A program made the translations under genes and the position numbers. The notes beneath the pieces are model-generated. The model saw only the letters and a list, made by a program, of their open reading frames with translations. It searched no databases and was not told the origin of the DNA. Below, in pieces: positions 1-13,589 of a stretch of 64,000 nt of DNA. Position 1 is the first letter of the stretch. The number at the start of each line of letters is the position of its first letter. The DNA comes from Octopus vulgaris (lineage: Eukaryota), in NCBI GenBank assembly GCA_951406725.2, contig OX597816.1, positions 115,444,001-115,508,000 of the forward strand, read 5' to 3'.

Positions 1-1022
1 CAGAAAGAAAATGAAGAATAATAGAAATCTATAAATGAAATCATGTGACATGAAGAAAGAAAAAAAGAAGGCTTTCTCTAGCATATTTATTTATTTTTTT
101 TTTGTCAGTAAAATTTTAACCCAAATTTTGAGTAAGTAAATTAAAATGAATCTTATATCGAAAGTGAGAGTATTTATTTCATTGTACAAGAAAAATTGTT
201 CTTAATACATTCTTCTCTGATCTCTTTTTACCCAGCATGCTTAGCAACATGACATCATAACATACATCAGAAATGTCAGCTGCTAGTTCAGTTCAAAATT
301 TTTTTAATTCTTTTTGTATGTGTGTGATTTTTCTGTTTACTTTTTTCTTTTTATTTAAAATTTTTTTTTAACAAAATCCACTTCATATTCTCTGAAGATA
401 CTTCTAAAGTGTAAAACTTCTTTTTCCTTCATTTTTTATTAAAACCTGCCAAAAAATCTCAAATTTTTTTTTTTTGGTTTTTGAAATTTTTTTTTCCTCT
501 TTACAAGTCTCAAAGGAATTTTAAGTCTCTTTTTCCCCCTATAGGTTTATCCAAAGCAGAATGTAGAGAACTCTCCAGTCGCTTCTCTATCTATCACCTT
601 ACAAACGTGCTTCTCCCCAGCATGTTTAGCAATAGCGTCATGACACATATGTGGAAGTGGGTGTCAGCTGCCATTTTAGGTCCAAAATGTGTCTTGAAAG
701 AATGTTTTGGTTTAACTTCATTATTTTTTTCCTAAAAAATGTCTCTCAGTGTCTAAGAAGAAGAAAAGACATTAAACATCTTTAATAAGGTAAACATTTT
801 TTTTTTCAGTTGACACAAATTTTAACCATGACTTTTTAACATATATTTTTAGCATAAAACTTAAATCTAGTTCTTTTCATTATTACCATCGGTTGAATAG
901 ATTTGCTAATTCATGCATTTTTGTAATTGCTCGAGGTTTCTTAATGAATAGATTAGTTAAGGTTTTGTGTATATTTCAAAATTTTAGGTTTTGGTTTTAT
1001 TTCTAACCTCTCTCCTTATCTT

Positions 1023-1055
<33 letters not shown>

Positions 1056-1676
1056 AACACATACACACATAAAGAGAAGGGGCTGAGCTATCAACTGATC
1101 ACCACCCAGTTGTCTGCAACCTGAGAGTATCTACAGCAGGGAGAATTCACAAAGTCCAGGGTGAGGTTCTGGTGGCTGATGGGATCAGAAACAGCACTAG
1201 CAACATGTACATGAATGAATATCTACAGACTTAGTACTAGTTAGAAAGCAGACAGACGTACCCCAGCAAGGAATTGATATATAGACAGAACACAAAGTTC
1301 CCCCCTCTCTCTCTCACACTTTTTCTCACTCATTCTCTCTCTCACTCTCTCAGAAAATGCATTCAAAGCATGTAATTGATAGAGACACTCTATTTTTCTT
1401 TCAGTTAGTATAATACATATTTCAGTTGAACGAGATACTTATCTACTGTATTTCTGTTCTTCCTGGTTACTGACTATATTTCTGATTTAACTTTTTTTTA
1501 ATATCTGTAACATTTTCTATTTATACATGTATTTTAAGGAACATCTATTTTACAAACACAGGAATTACACCAATTGCTTTCAAAATGCGTTTGTACACAC
1601 AAAGCCACCGTGAAAAAATTTATTTTAACTCAAATCTTTCTTTATGTTGTAACTGAAATTTGTTGTTTTCTCTCAG

Positions 1677-1978
1677 TGAATTATTGTCTTTCAAGCCTTA
1701 AGTCAATGAACACTTGGAAGTAAACATATGCTGTTTAACTACATTGATTTAGTGCAACACTTAGGCTTGCAGCAGGAATATTCAGCAATCATTCGATATC
1801 ACGATTCACTAGAATATTGCCCATGTGATCAACAAAATTTAACCATTCTTGACTTCACGTCAAATAGGCTCCAGCAACGTGCCTTTCTTCTGGCTCACTT
1901 CCTTCTGAGCCTATTGACCAGTGTAAAAGTTGACTCACTGTCACAACTAGACAGAGAGCTTTGGAATGCAGCAGAGAG
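1677..1978 (+). CDS. Candidate host exon (5'UTR + ATG at 1728, 83 codons, phase-2 donor); product unknown
   Basis: Pyrimidine-rich acceptor tgttgttttctctcAG ends at 1676. The ORF from ATG 1728 stays open to AG|GTAATT at 1978/1979, and its stop lies inside that donor motif. Sequence is unique and retains CpG. No recognisable homology. Confidence 0.3.
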
Positions 1979-3000
1979 GTAATTGACAGATATTGTCGGA
2001 ATTGACCAACAAAGACGGCAGACAGCAGCTGACAACAGTCGGAAGACAAATGACCAATAATGAAAACTCTCTTGATAGTTTGTCGTTCGTAGCAACAATA
2101 TTCCTTTTTTATGTACAAAAGGAATAAATTGTTGTTTATCAAAATCTCAACAGGCTTCAGCGTTCTTTTCAATACAGTTCATTAATAGTTTACCTTCTGG
2201 AATTACACAAGAATAAAAAACCACTTTTATATATATTTTACTGTTGTTGGCCCTCACATCTGTTTTCTTTTTTACATCGATGGTCCTAACATGAAGGCTA
2301 CATTTTTTCATCATGCTGGAAACGCCAACAACAGTAGAGAATATACTTATTTACAAAGCAGACTAATTCTGACTAAATAAGGGGCGTTTGGTATTCCTCC
2401 TGTTACTTTATGGTTTTCCTCTTCCATAACACATATATGAGGAACTTACTTTCAAAACCGTTATAAGTGCATATTAGGTCGATTTCATGATAACCATTAA
2501 AACACAATCTACAAGCTGTTGGCTTCATTCATGTGAAATTTTTTCCATCAAACTCGGATAGATACCATAGAGACAGTAGGCAAATTTTAGTCTGCCAATC
2601 AAATTCAGATATATTCAAGTTGTTGTTTTAAACAATTGCTCAAAAATCATTCCGATACATATATCTGAAAGTAAGCTTTTCGTATTTTAAATAATATTCA
2701 ATACGAACGCCAGCATGTAATCTTACTCTAACGACAGTGGCAGCACACTTTGATACTGCTAGTATGTTTTTATTGGAAATGCACATGCATTGGATCCTGA
2801 AGCACCAATGTCTGGGTACATATATGTTTATGTATACACACACATCTATATATTACACAGACATACACACATATTATTTCACTTAGGCATAATGATACTA
2901 ATAACTTGGTGTTAGAACTCAGTATACATATACTTCAGAATAAAGCGTCAGTCGAGTACAGAGCAGTGATAAGAAATTAAATAAATGACAGGGGAACATT

Positions 3001-3082
3001 AGGTTACAGCTGTTTCTGCAATAAGATGCAATGTACTCAGAGTCGAGTGCTTGTGTATCACCCTATAGCCTCATCAGAGCTT
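3001..3082 (-). ncRNA. Minimal type-I hammerhead ribozyme motif (Penelope-type) with long helix II
   Basis: Minus strand: AAGCU-CUGAUGA-G-GCUAUAGGGUG...CAUCUUAUUGC-A-GAAA-CAGCUG-UA-ACCU. Helix III is palindromic (ACAGCUGU) with a GUA site. Helix I has one mismatch. Confidence 0.7.
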
Positions 3083-3578
3083 CAAAAACGAAGTGCAATT
3101 CTATTTGGGAAAGCATTTGCATTTTTATATATGTATAGAAAGCATTGCCATTAAAAAAAGCATAAACATATGTATGAAATGAGAGAAGGGGTTTGGAGGG
3201 CAGAAACCCTTCCCAGAATAAGTAAATTTAAATAAAATTTTATGTATTTATACATATATGTATAAATGGGTATATGAAGAACTCCTTTGTGAATAACTAA
3301 AAAACGAAGTAAGTAAAAATGCACCTGGGAACAGAGATGGAAAGAAAGTGCCAGAATCCCCCCAAAAATGAGAGAGAAACAGATAAAGAGTGCATTTATG
3401 AAAGTCATAAAAAGTTTTCTACATAAGGATCCTAGCAATACTGACAACAATTAATAGGCCAAAGAAAGAATAGACCAAGGAGACATGACACAGATAACAA
3501 CAAATGTGTGTGCGTGTTTGTGTGTGCATGCACTCTTGTCATTCATTTAATTTCTCATATATATATATATATATATAC

Positions 3579-3682
<104 letters not shown>

Positions 3683-3953
3683 TACATATAATATAGCCAC
3701 GAAACACGTGTCGTTATTCTACCAAATATATACATTATATTTATAATTTTGCACATTACTTAATCATCGTTATATGTTTTATCTTATATTTAATCTTTCT
3801 ATAATATGTAATTTTTCTAAATGGTATAATTTAATTTTTCATTATTAAATTGATAAAAGGTGCTTTTTCCTAATTTTTCCTCAATTTTGTGAAATTTAAT
3901 TTAGTATTTTTCTCTGTAAGTTTGGAATAATATTCCCTCATATTATTATTATC

Positions 3954-4001
<48 letters not shown>

Positions 4002-4701
4002 GTTTCGATTGGTTTGACAAAGATCCTATTTTAGCATGCTAAATGTCTCAGAATATATTTAGTACCGTTATGCTGATTTAGATTTTATTTTTATTTTTCA
4101 CAAGTTCTTTATTAATCCTTAATACTTGAAATATTTCTTGCTATTTCAAATTTATTTCAACGTAAATTTGATCATTCACTTCATATTAATTAATCTTAAG
4201 TTATTTTGTTAACTATGTTATATAATTTGAGTTCTTTCTATAAAATTATTTATAACGTAAGCAGATTTTGTGTGAAATAAGAAACGTCTTGCATTCCTAC
4301 TAATATATTTCTGTTGTTCCTATGTCATATATGCATTCAGCTCGACTGTCTGCTTGTCTGTCTGTCCCCAGTCCCTGATGATGATTAAAATAATATGTTT
4401 GGCTTTGCCAGCATGTTTCTGTCTGAAACGTATGTGTTGCATGTGTGATACATTAATGCCTGGTTGCATGCATTTCGATATGTGCAATGAAACCCCCGTC
4501 TTCGTGTACTGAATAGATTTAAGTATGAGATACATTATGCATACATAAACACACATAGATACATACACACATATATGTCCGTACGTGATTGTGTGTGTGT
4601 GTATGTGCGTGAATGTGTGTGTGCATGTGTGTGTACGTGTGAATATACATATGTATCTCTGCGTGTGTGAATTTGTGTTTATTTATGCATATATATATGT
4701 G

Positions 4702-4778
<77 letters not shown>

Positions 4779-5663
4779 ACTGTGTGTGTATAGATGTACA
4801 TGCATATACACACACACATATATACGTATACGCACATATATACATAAATGCACGTGCGTGCACACACATATATGTGTGTGTGTGCCCTCTCTCTTTCTCT
4901 CTCTCTCTCTCTGTATGTGTGTGTGTGACATGTATATGAGACACACATCATTTCAGTCACATGCATAGATTCATTCACATAGAAACAGATGCACACTTAT
5001 AATATATATACACACACTCACATTTTTAAGCTAAAATGCATGCCTTCTAGAATTTTGTTGTAATTAAGTTATTGAAAAGCTCATATTATTGTAATAAAAA
5101 GCATGAACGAAAAAACATATTAAAAGAAAACATGAAAGGGATATTGGATGAAGAAGAAGAAAATTGTAAAATGGTAAGGAAAATTGAATTTTTCTTTTAA
5201 TTTTATCAACGTGGAATCTGAAAATACCTCACTACAGTCAGAAATCTATTCATCACAGTAATTTTGAAACATCTATAAAGCTGTAAAGAGCAAATTGTGA
5301 TAATTCTAACATAGATTCCATATGATTAAATATAGTAGAGGTTGCTTGCACGTATAAAGGTATAATTTAATTCTTTCTCTGCTTTTAGTCTTTGGATTGC
5401 AATCATATTGGTCACTATCAAGGATTTTAGTTGATTATTGATTCCAATATATTGCATACTACAAATTTTATCAACTGGTATAAAAACAGATAACCAATGC
5501 TGATTGAAATGCTACATGTTATTTCCCTTAAAGGCAGTGATATTTTGGCACTTTGTCTATAAATCCCCTCTTTGCTCTGTCTGACTAGATCCCTGTGTGT
5601 CAATCATTATATAGTACATATATAAGTGATACAATAGTATCATTACACTCTTCCATGATGTCT

Positions 5664-5711
5664 CTGCTGCTGAAGAGGAGATAATCACTCTGAAATGCAT
5701 GCATCTAACAG
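5664..5711 (+). ncRNA. Minimal type-I hammerhead ribozyme motif
   Basis: CUGCUG-CUGAAGA-GGAG(auaauca)CUCU-GAAA-UGCAUGCA-UC-UAACAG. Helix I pairs 5/6, helix III is palindromic (AUGCAUGCAU), AUC site. Confidence 0.8.
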
Positions 5712-5848
5712 TCTGGTTAGAGAATGCCGTAAACAGTGCATTTACACCTATCTGTTTATAGCTGAAATTTTCTCCATGACAAAATGCAGTGAATGACTTT
5801 CTTGTGGGTTCGAATATGCCTCAAGCTTATTCAAACTGGTAACAAATT

Positions 5849-5922
<74 letters not shown>

Positions 5923-6255
5923 CTTTTACTTGTTTCAGTCATTAGACACTGGCCATGCTGGAGCATTGCCTTAAAAGATTTTAATAGAATGAATCGACCT
6001 CGGTACTTTTCTTAAAACCTAGTACTTTTTTTTAAGTTGGTTACTCTTTCTATCGATCTTTTTAACGGAAACACTAAGTTATGGGGACGTAAACATACCA
6101 ACACCAGTTGTCAATGACTTCTTCCAGTTTCCGTTTATCAAATCCATTCACAATGCTATAGTAGAAGGCACATGTCCAAGATGCCACACAGTGGGATTGA
6201 ACCCGGTACTATGTGGTTGGGAGTCAAGCCTCTTATCACACAGGTACGTCTGTGC
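5923..6255 (-). mobile_element. tRNA-derived CORE-like SINE (family B), decayed, internal deletion
   Basis: Reverse complement of the 28054 and 50411 copies (tail gactgaaacaagtaaaag; ggttcaatcccactg; ggcatcttggaca). Confidence 0.8.
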
Positions 6256-8109
6256 CTATTATATACATATATATATATATATACACATATATATTATTCA
6301 CTCTTTCCTATATACCAGAGATCACAGATTTCGTCTAGCCATCTGGCTGCCAGCACATGTCATTGACAAGTCCCAGAGGGCTGAAATTTATCTGGCGTTC
6401 TTTCAAGCCGTTGCTTGGACGATTTTCCGTCCCCTTCCGATGTATTTTGTCTGATTAACACAACACATCTATAAGAGTTTTTATCTCGGACGAAAATCAC
6501 GGTATCTTGTCTGTCAATGGTGTATATACGTTAACTATGATACATAGATTACTTGTGGACCAGTAGACAGTTATAAAACGGTACTCAGTTGCCGATCGAA
6601 TCCCAAATATAACATAGAGTTCAGTGCTTGGAATCTCGCTTTTTTCTATTCACGGAGAGAATGTACAAAAAGACTAATGTTTACAACTCTCCATTATATT
6701 TAATCCAGTTCAATTTACTCATTAAGTAAGGGCTGAAATCAATAGATTTATTTTATATTATGTACCATCAAAACAAAAAACTGTAAATATATTAGTAATT
6801 GTGTGTGTGTATGTGTGTTTATACATACACACATACATACACACACCGCACACACATACATGCACACACATACGCATCCATATATCTGCAAGCATGTATG
6901 TATGCATACCTCGCATTTGTTTCATTTTACAGCAGTAATAATTAAGTATTAGCTATTGACAATAGCAATAAGCGTAGCTTCGGCTTCTATACCTTGTAAA
7001 CCAGTGAGATTAACGTTCCTTTAAGGAACAATGCCCTAAGCTACAATAGATATTTCAAATTAAATAAAAGAACATTTTAAAATAATTTTATTTTTAATTA
7101 TAAACTAGAATAAAGAGTTTGAAATGAATATTTCGATTTTGGTTCTGATTTTTAAAAATTTTCTTCGTGTGTATAATTACTCGATCAGTTTTCTTTTTGT
7201 TCGGTTTAGAAATGGGTTACAACTTTTTCCTTCACATGCTCGCAAGGCTGAGATAGATGTATAAAATCTGATCAAATATCTTGCTTTTTGAACAAAACAA
7301 CAAATGAAGGTAGATGTACTTTCTCTTCACTCCATTGAGATATGGACGTGGATATTACGTATCTTCCAGCAGCGCTTCTCGGTATCTATAGGTTAATATA
7401 TCACTATAAATATATACACACGTATATGCCTGTATACACTCAAGTACACATACACATCTCACACACACATATAGACGTATATCTATGTGTGTATGCGTGT
7501 GTGTGCTCAATGCACTTGTGTTGAAGCTTGTCGAGTTCTTTATTGGTGTAGAAATTTGACTGCGACTCAGAGAAAATGGATACTACGACCTGTTGAATAA
7601 GCCTGTCAAGAATAATTCTGCTTTCTATATTTCCTACGCTGCAAGAAGAAAATGCACCCAGACACCACATATATTTGTTGTTATTTCACTAACCTGTGGT
7701 TCATTAATTCATGATGCATTATAGGCATCTCTGCGAAAAGTTGTTCGTCCAAATAAATTCTGAAACAAGTTTTCTTGTAATTGCTATAGATTGCTCAGAT
7801 CCATTTCAATCAATGCAGGTGTAAAAATGAATAATATGATTGCACCTGCTTTATTTCCCATACATTTCATGGTGGCTTTAATAAACGCTTTAAAAAGCAG
7901 CTTTGACTGTATTTATATATGCTACCATACTTCTGGTAAGTCTTCCAGCTTCAACTTCAAACTGCTTCATTCTCAATTACACGCTTCTTTCTATTATAGC
8001 AACAAATCCTGACATTTTGGAGGAAGATGTTAGTCGATTACATCGAACACAGTATTTTCAATTGGTACTAATTTTGTCAACCCTGAAAGGACAAAAAGCA
8101 AGCCCAATC

Positions 8110-8510
8110 TCTTCTTTTCTACTCTATGCACAAGGCCCGAAATTTTGGGAGCGGAGGGGGATGTCGATTAGATCGACCCCCGTGCGCAAAGGGTACTTAA
8201 TTTATCGACCCCGAAAAGATGAAAGGCAAAGTTGACCTCGGCGGAATTTGAACTCAGAACGTAAAGACAAACAAAATACCTATTTCTTTACTACCCACAA
8301 GGGGCTAAACACAGAGGGGACAAACAAGGACAGACACACGGATTAAGTCGATTATATCGACCCCAGTGCGTAACTGGTACTTAATTTATCGACCCCGAAA
8401 GGATGAAAGCCAAAGTCGACCTCGGCGGAATTTGAACTCAGAACGTAGTGGCAGACGAAATGCGGCTACGCATTTCGCCCGGCGTGCTAACGTTTCTGCC
8501 AGCTCGCCGA
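8110..8510 (-). mobile_element. Dimeric tRNA-derived SINE (family A): full unit 8281-8510 joined to a headless second unit 8110-8280 with a different tail
   Basis: Head GGCGAGCTGGCAGAAACGTTAGC, B-box GAGTTCAAATTCC, and core CTTTCATC(C/T)TTTCGGGGTCGATAAA present twice. Further decayed pieces at 8020-8100 and 8520-8605. Confidence 0.85.
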
Positions 8511-9353
8511 CTTAAAATAAGTCCAATCTCGATGGAATATGTACCCAGAACTTAAAGCTAGAAGAAATGCCGTTAACATTTTATCCAGCGTAGTAACGAT
8601 TTTGTTAGATGACTTTAATTACGTAATTTTTAGCTCTGATTAGAAGCCTTTTGCTCAGTAATCACTGTGATTTCATTGCAGACAGTGAAAATAACCTTGA
8701 AGGTCATATGGCAAAATTTTATTGTCAAGTAACGCGTTGGAGCTCTGTTCAAGAAAGCTTTGAATGGCTCCTAAAATAACAGCAATTGGTAAAACTAAAC
8801 AACATGCTTCTTCGAGTATCTTGGTAATGTATTAAACAGAAAAGCAACTTCTGATGTCAAAATTGAAAGCAGAATTCAGAAATCATGGTTCTGTTTTCGA
8901 AATTACCATATTCGCTACACTCTGAACTTTATATATGTCTAATTATTTTCAAAACGTGTATTTTGTCTCTTTGTGAGTATTGCTATGAAAATGGACATTA
9001 TATTCAAAGCAAGTAAAACAACTTGAACGTTTTCAAGCATCAAAAGCGTTTTCGATAAAATTTGCATATATCTTAGGGAAATTAAGTGGGTTATGTTGAA
9101 AACTTGAGGTTAGCAAATGTATGCAAAGCAGCTCTTGGAACATAACTCATATGGAAGATGAAGCAATTCCAAAGCGTTAATTCTATGGAGACTGTCTTAA
9201 ATCTGACCAGAAAAATGCAGTATTTATGTGGAAAGATGAGAAATAATTGCAGGAGATAGGCTGTCATGGAGCAAAGAACAAAACCAGTGTCCGTGAATTT
9301 TGAAGGGAACCACATTAAATACACTATTTAAACGAAACACAAAGAAAAGGAAA

Positions 9354-9418
<65 letters not shown>

Positions 9419-10380
9419 TATCAATAAACCCTTCACATTTTCAACTTGTAATCGATCTTCTATTTAAGGCTGCTCTTGTTAGCCACTAAAGGATACATGA
9501 ACCAAAGCAGTAATTGAACATTTTGGACATAGTGATTAGCACTTTACCCTTTGTAATTATTATCCGTATTTGGTATCAGCACTGATGCAACAGTAATTCC
9601 GTATCTACCACCAGGCAATGTGTATTGTATTATAATATATCATGTTGTGGATATGCTCTACATCTGCGTACTCGAGATGTTCTATCTGTACCAGGAATAT
9701 GATGCTTTAACGATAAAGTGTTATATAATTCATATCAATATCATCAAAGAGAAAGGGGGGAGAGCACATGTAATGCGGCGCATCACTATGAAAAGAAAAA
9801 TATTAAAACTGCATAAATTAAACTATGTAGTGTGTATCTGGCAGAGCATTTCCGGTATTCGTTTTGATATGTAGATTTGCTTTTGATACAACTCTTGGCA
9901 TTCCCGTGCTTTCTTCCCCCCGAAGCCCGTCCATGACACAATACTACCCAAAAGCACGTCAGAGTCCACTTCTTTGTCTTTTCACTGCTTTAGTTTCGTT
10001 CCACAGCGATTACTACACAATGACATAATAGTATTTAACATTTCTAATTTCTTAGAACAGAATTGACATCGCTACCCAAGTCTTTGTCAACCCCACGCTT
10101 TCATTTTCTTCCTCACTTGTATGACTTCTTCTTTTCTGTTGACTCAAGTACTGTGTGCACAGCGTTGCTAGTAGATGGTCTGTCACTTATACCGGTGGTC
10201 AAATAATTCGATCTTTCTCGTATGCTTTCGTTCATCTATCTGTTATTTTTGTACGGCAAACATCAAGCAGATCGAGAAAATTTCATAGTAAAAAGAAAGA
10301 GAAGAGTTGAAATACACTATTTATATTTTACCCCGGAACCAATCACATTTACCTGGTCATTAATAGCAATCGGCAAACAA

Positions 10381-10590
10381 GGCGGTGAGCTGGCAGATAC
10401 GTTAGCACGCCGGACGAAATGCTTAGCGGTATTTCGCCCGTCTCTACGTTCTGAGGTCAAATTCCGCCGAGGTCGACTTTGCCGTTCATCCTTTCGGGGT
10501 TGATAAAATAAGTACCAGTTGCGAACTGGGGTTGATCTAATCGACTGGCCCCGTCCCCCAAAATTTCGGGCCTTGTGCCTAGAGTAGAAA
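10381..10590 (+). mobile_element. tRNA-derived SINE family A
   Basis: ggcggtgagctggcagatacgttagc...ggtcaaattccgccgagg...catcctttcggggttgataaa...gggccttgtgcctagagtagaaa. Confidence 0.9.
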
Positions 10591-11019
10591 CGAATAACAA
10601 AAGGCAAATACATCTGTGTATAGGTACACATTTTTGTTTTTGTTCCACTAACGAGAGAATAATTATATGGAAAGGTGCTTCGCATTGTCCTTAATTTTAT
10701 ATACTTTACATTCTACCTGATGAAATTTTAATATTAAACAGCTTTGATACGTACTGACTGCTCTTTTCATTAGTGCTAGAAAAAGAGAGTACACCCTTAA
10801 TACTCATTAGGTTATTTTTGTATTATCTGAAATAGAATACCCACATATCGATTAATCCCCCAAAATTGAATATTGACTTTTATCAGGTACATTGTATATT
10901 TATAGATTAAGACCCCAAAGTACGATATGTATATGCATATAACGCTGTAGGGTTACACCTGATTGATTTGGAAATTTGTTTTCCCAAATTATATATATAT
11001 ATAAATATATATATGTATC

Positions 11020-11063
<44 letters not shown>

Positions 11064-11065
11064 TA

Positions 11066-11155
<90 letters not shown>

Positions 11156-11710
11156 ACTATATATATATATATATACAAACACATACTCATTCAGTTGAAT
11201 TATTGAATTGTTGTATAACATGGTTCGTGGAAGATGAAATCCTAAGCATAAGTTAAAATAAACAAAGTAAGCACAGTACATACACAAAACATGTGGAGCT
11301 TAGATCAATAAAGAGGTGAAAGAACATAGCAATTATAAACAAGCTGACACGACAATGATATAATTGATTGACTGTCGATAGCAGCTATTTCAAATCTACT
11401 TCTAATACCTTTGGGAAAAACACGAACATCTTATCCACCCCTTTAAATGGTGGGAAATGGGTGGTGATAATTTGAGGGTTCACGTCTTTCATAATAATGA
11501 TAATTATTTTTATATTTGCCACAAGGGTAACAAAAATACAGAACATTGATTCTAATTATCAAAAATGAATATCATGGGATGTACACATAAATGCACACAA
11601 ACACAGGCACATACACATATATAGTATAAGTACAAAGGAGACATAACAAAATGCAAACCCTGATACTATGCACATACATACATACATACATACATACATA
11701 CATACATACA

Positions 11711-11741
<31 letters not shown>

Positions 11742-11742
11742 G

Positions 11743-11945
11743 TGACAGCATGTGTATCGTTGGCGATTTTCTTTCTCCGTCCTCCCTTCCTTGGACCTTT
11801 CCTTTTTCTATGTTTCTGACGAAGAGCTCCGCTCGAAACATTAAATCCTCCTTTCTTTCCTTTCTTGAGCGTCCAATAACACAATACTTGTTCCACATCC
11901 TCGCGTTGTTGTGTTTTCTCTTTGTTCATGTATGGATTAACTACA
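11743..11945 (+). mobile_element. ~200-bp hammerhead-bearing interspersed repeat (Penelope pLTR-like / non-autonomous), copy 1
   Basis: Near-identical to 12980-13183 and embedded in (CATA)n. Hammerhead at 11812-11846. Confidence 0.75.
11812..11846 (+). ncRNA. Minimal hammerhead motif with extra A after A9 (helix III damaged by CpG decay)
   Basis: GUUU-CUGACGA-A-GAGC(ucc)GCUC-GAAA-CA-UU-AAAU. Confidence 0.6.
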
Positions 11946-12001
11946 TAAATACATACATACATACATACATACATACATACATACATACATACATACATAC
12001 A

Positions 12002-12340
12002 CACTACCTAAATGCCAATTTTGAGAAATTAGGCTTCTCAAAAACAGAAACGAGAAAGCTGATTCGAAAACTCCAGATCCAAGCAATCACTGGAACTGTA
12101 AAAATCTGTAACACTTTCCAGAAGTTTATCATTTAAGTATATATGAGCATGTCTAGACAAGCAAGTATATGCGTGAAAGGATATACATAAAACAAAACAT
12201 ACAAATGTGCACATATACATACATATAAATAAAAGTACCCTGTTGATGTTGAAACTCCAATGAAAGTGCCTAGGATCTAGTTTAGAAACTGTCTCTTTTT
12301 TCTATTGGCAAGAAATTTTGAAATATAACTGAATAATGAC
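12002..12340 (+). mobile_element. 3' end fragment of an RLE-type (R4/HERO-like) non-LTR retrotransposon
   Basis: Peptide ...FEKLGFSKTETRKLIRKLQIQAITGTVKICNTFQKFII* resembles RLE-LINE C-termini. It is followed by a 3'UTR and is inserted in (CATA)n. Confidence 0.55.
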
Positions 12341-12504
12341 ATACATGCATGCATACATACGTACATAGATATATACTCTCTTTCCTGAACCAATAAGTTA
12401 CAGGTACATAAACATATCAGCAGGTGGTGGTTGTGGAGGGGGGGGGCAAACACAAATATAAAGACTTAAACACATAGGCATATATATATTGATTGATAGG
12501 AGGG

Positions 12505-12535
<31 letters not shown>

Positions 12536-12979
12536 TATATATATACCTCCCATACACACACAGCACACATGCACACACACAGAGTAAAATACAGCTTCTT
12601 CACACACACACATACCCACGCATACACACACTGCAAGCAAAACACACGCATTACATATACATACCCGCACACACACATACATCAAACTACCAGTACCTTC
12701 TTGTGACCATTCTCCTACACGCATGTGTAGGTAGACACACAATAGGCAGCCACTTCTACCAACATTCTTACTATAAATTCTTCCAATGACCTTAAACGAT
12801 ACTAAGCCCAACTACACACATAGATAAACAACCACAACCACACACACACACACACATACACACAGACCTGTGCGCACGCACATACCCACACATACACACA
12901 TAAACCTCCTTCTCTTGCACTCTCCTGTCTTTGAAAAAACTTTTTCTTCACCCATTCCCTTCCGGTCATTTCAATATGT

Positions 12980-13183
12980 GACCGCATGTGTATCGTTGGC
13001 GATTTTCTTTCTCCGTTTTCCCTTCCTTGGACTTTTCCTTTTTTTTATATTTCTGACGAAGAGCTTCGCTCGAAACGTTAAATCCTCCTTCTTTCTTTCC
13101 TTTCCTGAGCGTCCAGTAACATTATACTTGTTCCACATCCTCGCGTTGTTGTGTTTTCTCTTTGTTCATGTTTGAATTAACTA
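12980..13183 (+). mobile_element. ~200-bp hammerhead-bearing repeat, copy 2 (element may extend upstream to ~12550)
   Basis: Matches 11743-11945 along its length and ends at (TA)n. Confidence 0.75.
13049..13083 (+). ncRNA. Minimal hammerhead ribozyme motif (35 nt) with extra A
   Basis: AUUU-CUGACGA-A-GAGC(uuc)GCUC-GAAA-CG-UU-AAAU. Helix I AUUU/AAAU; AACGUU palindrome at helix III. Confidence 0.75.
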
Positions 13184-13210
13184 TATATATATTGATTGAT
13201 TGATGGGAGG

Positions 13211-13256
<46 letters not shown>

Positions 13257-13589
13257 CTGTACATATGTACATATATGTATATTCACATATGCGGCGAGTG
13301 TGCACATATGTATATGTTTACGTTTGTGTATGAGTATATTTATTTGTATAAATGTCTAATATAAGGGTAGGCCTGTATCTATGTGAGGATGAAGTTGCAT
13401 ATACACACATGTCTGTGTTAGTGTGTATGTATGAAGATTTTTATGAATGCGGAAGGTTTCTAACTACTGCGAGAATGTGGTTGCGTGTATTTTATAATTT
13501 TTTACTTTTTATATTTCATATCTTTTATATTTTTCATACCTATTAGAGTAACCTTCCTTTTATTCAACGTTTTTTTTTCATAACGTCTA

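Noticed and set aside
230-690. Degenerate ~385-bp spaced repeat (cccagcatg.ttagcaa...gtcagctgc)
   Set aside because: Real but weak similarity; probably an old repeat remnant with no definable ends.
3697-3714. GAAACACGTGTC palindromic hammerhead 3' half
   Set aside because: The 5' core is replaced by microsatellite, so the motif is incomplete.
6330-6660. Possible ancient CR1/Jockey RT remnant (SVLG-like motif)
   Set aside because: Too degenerate to support.
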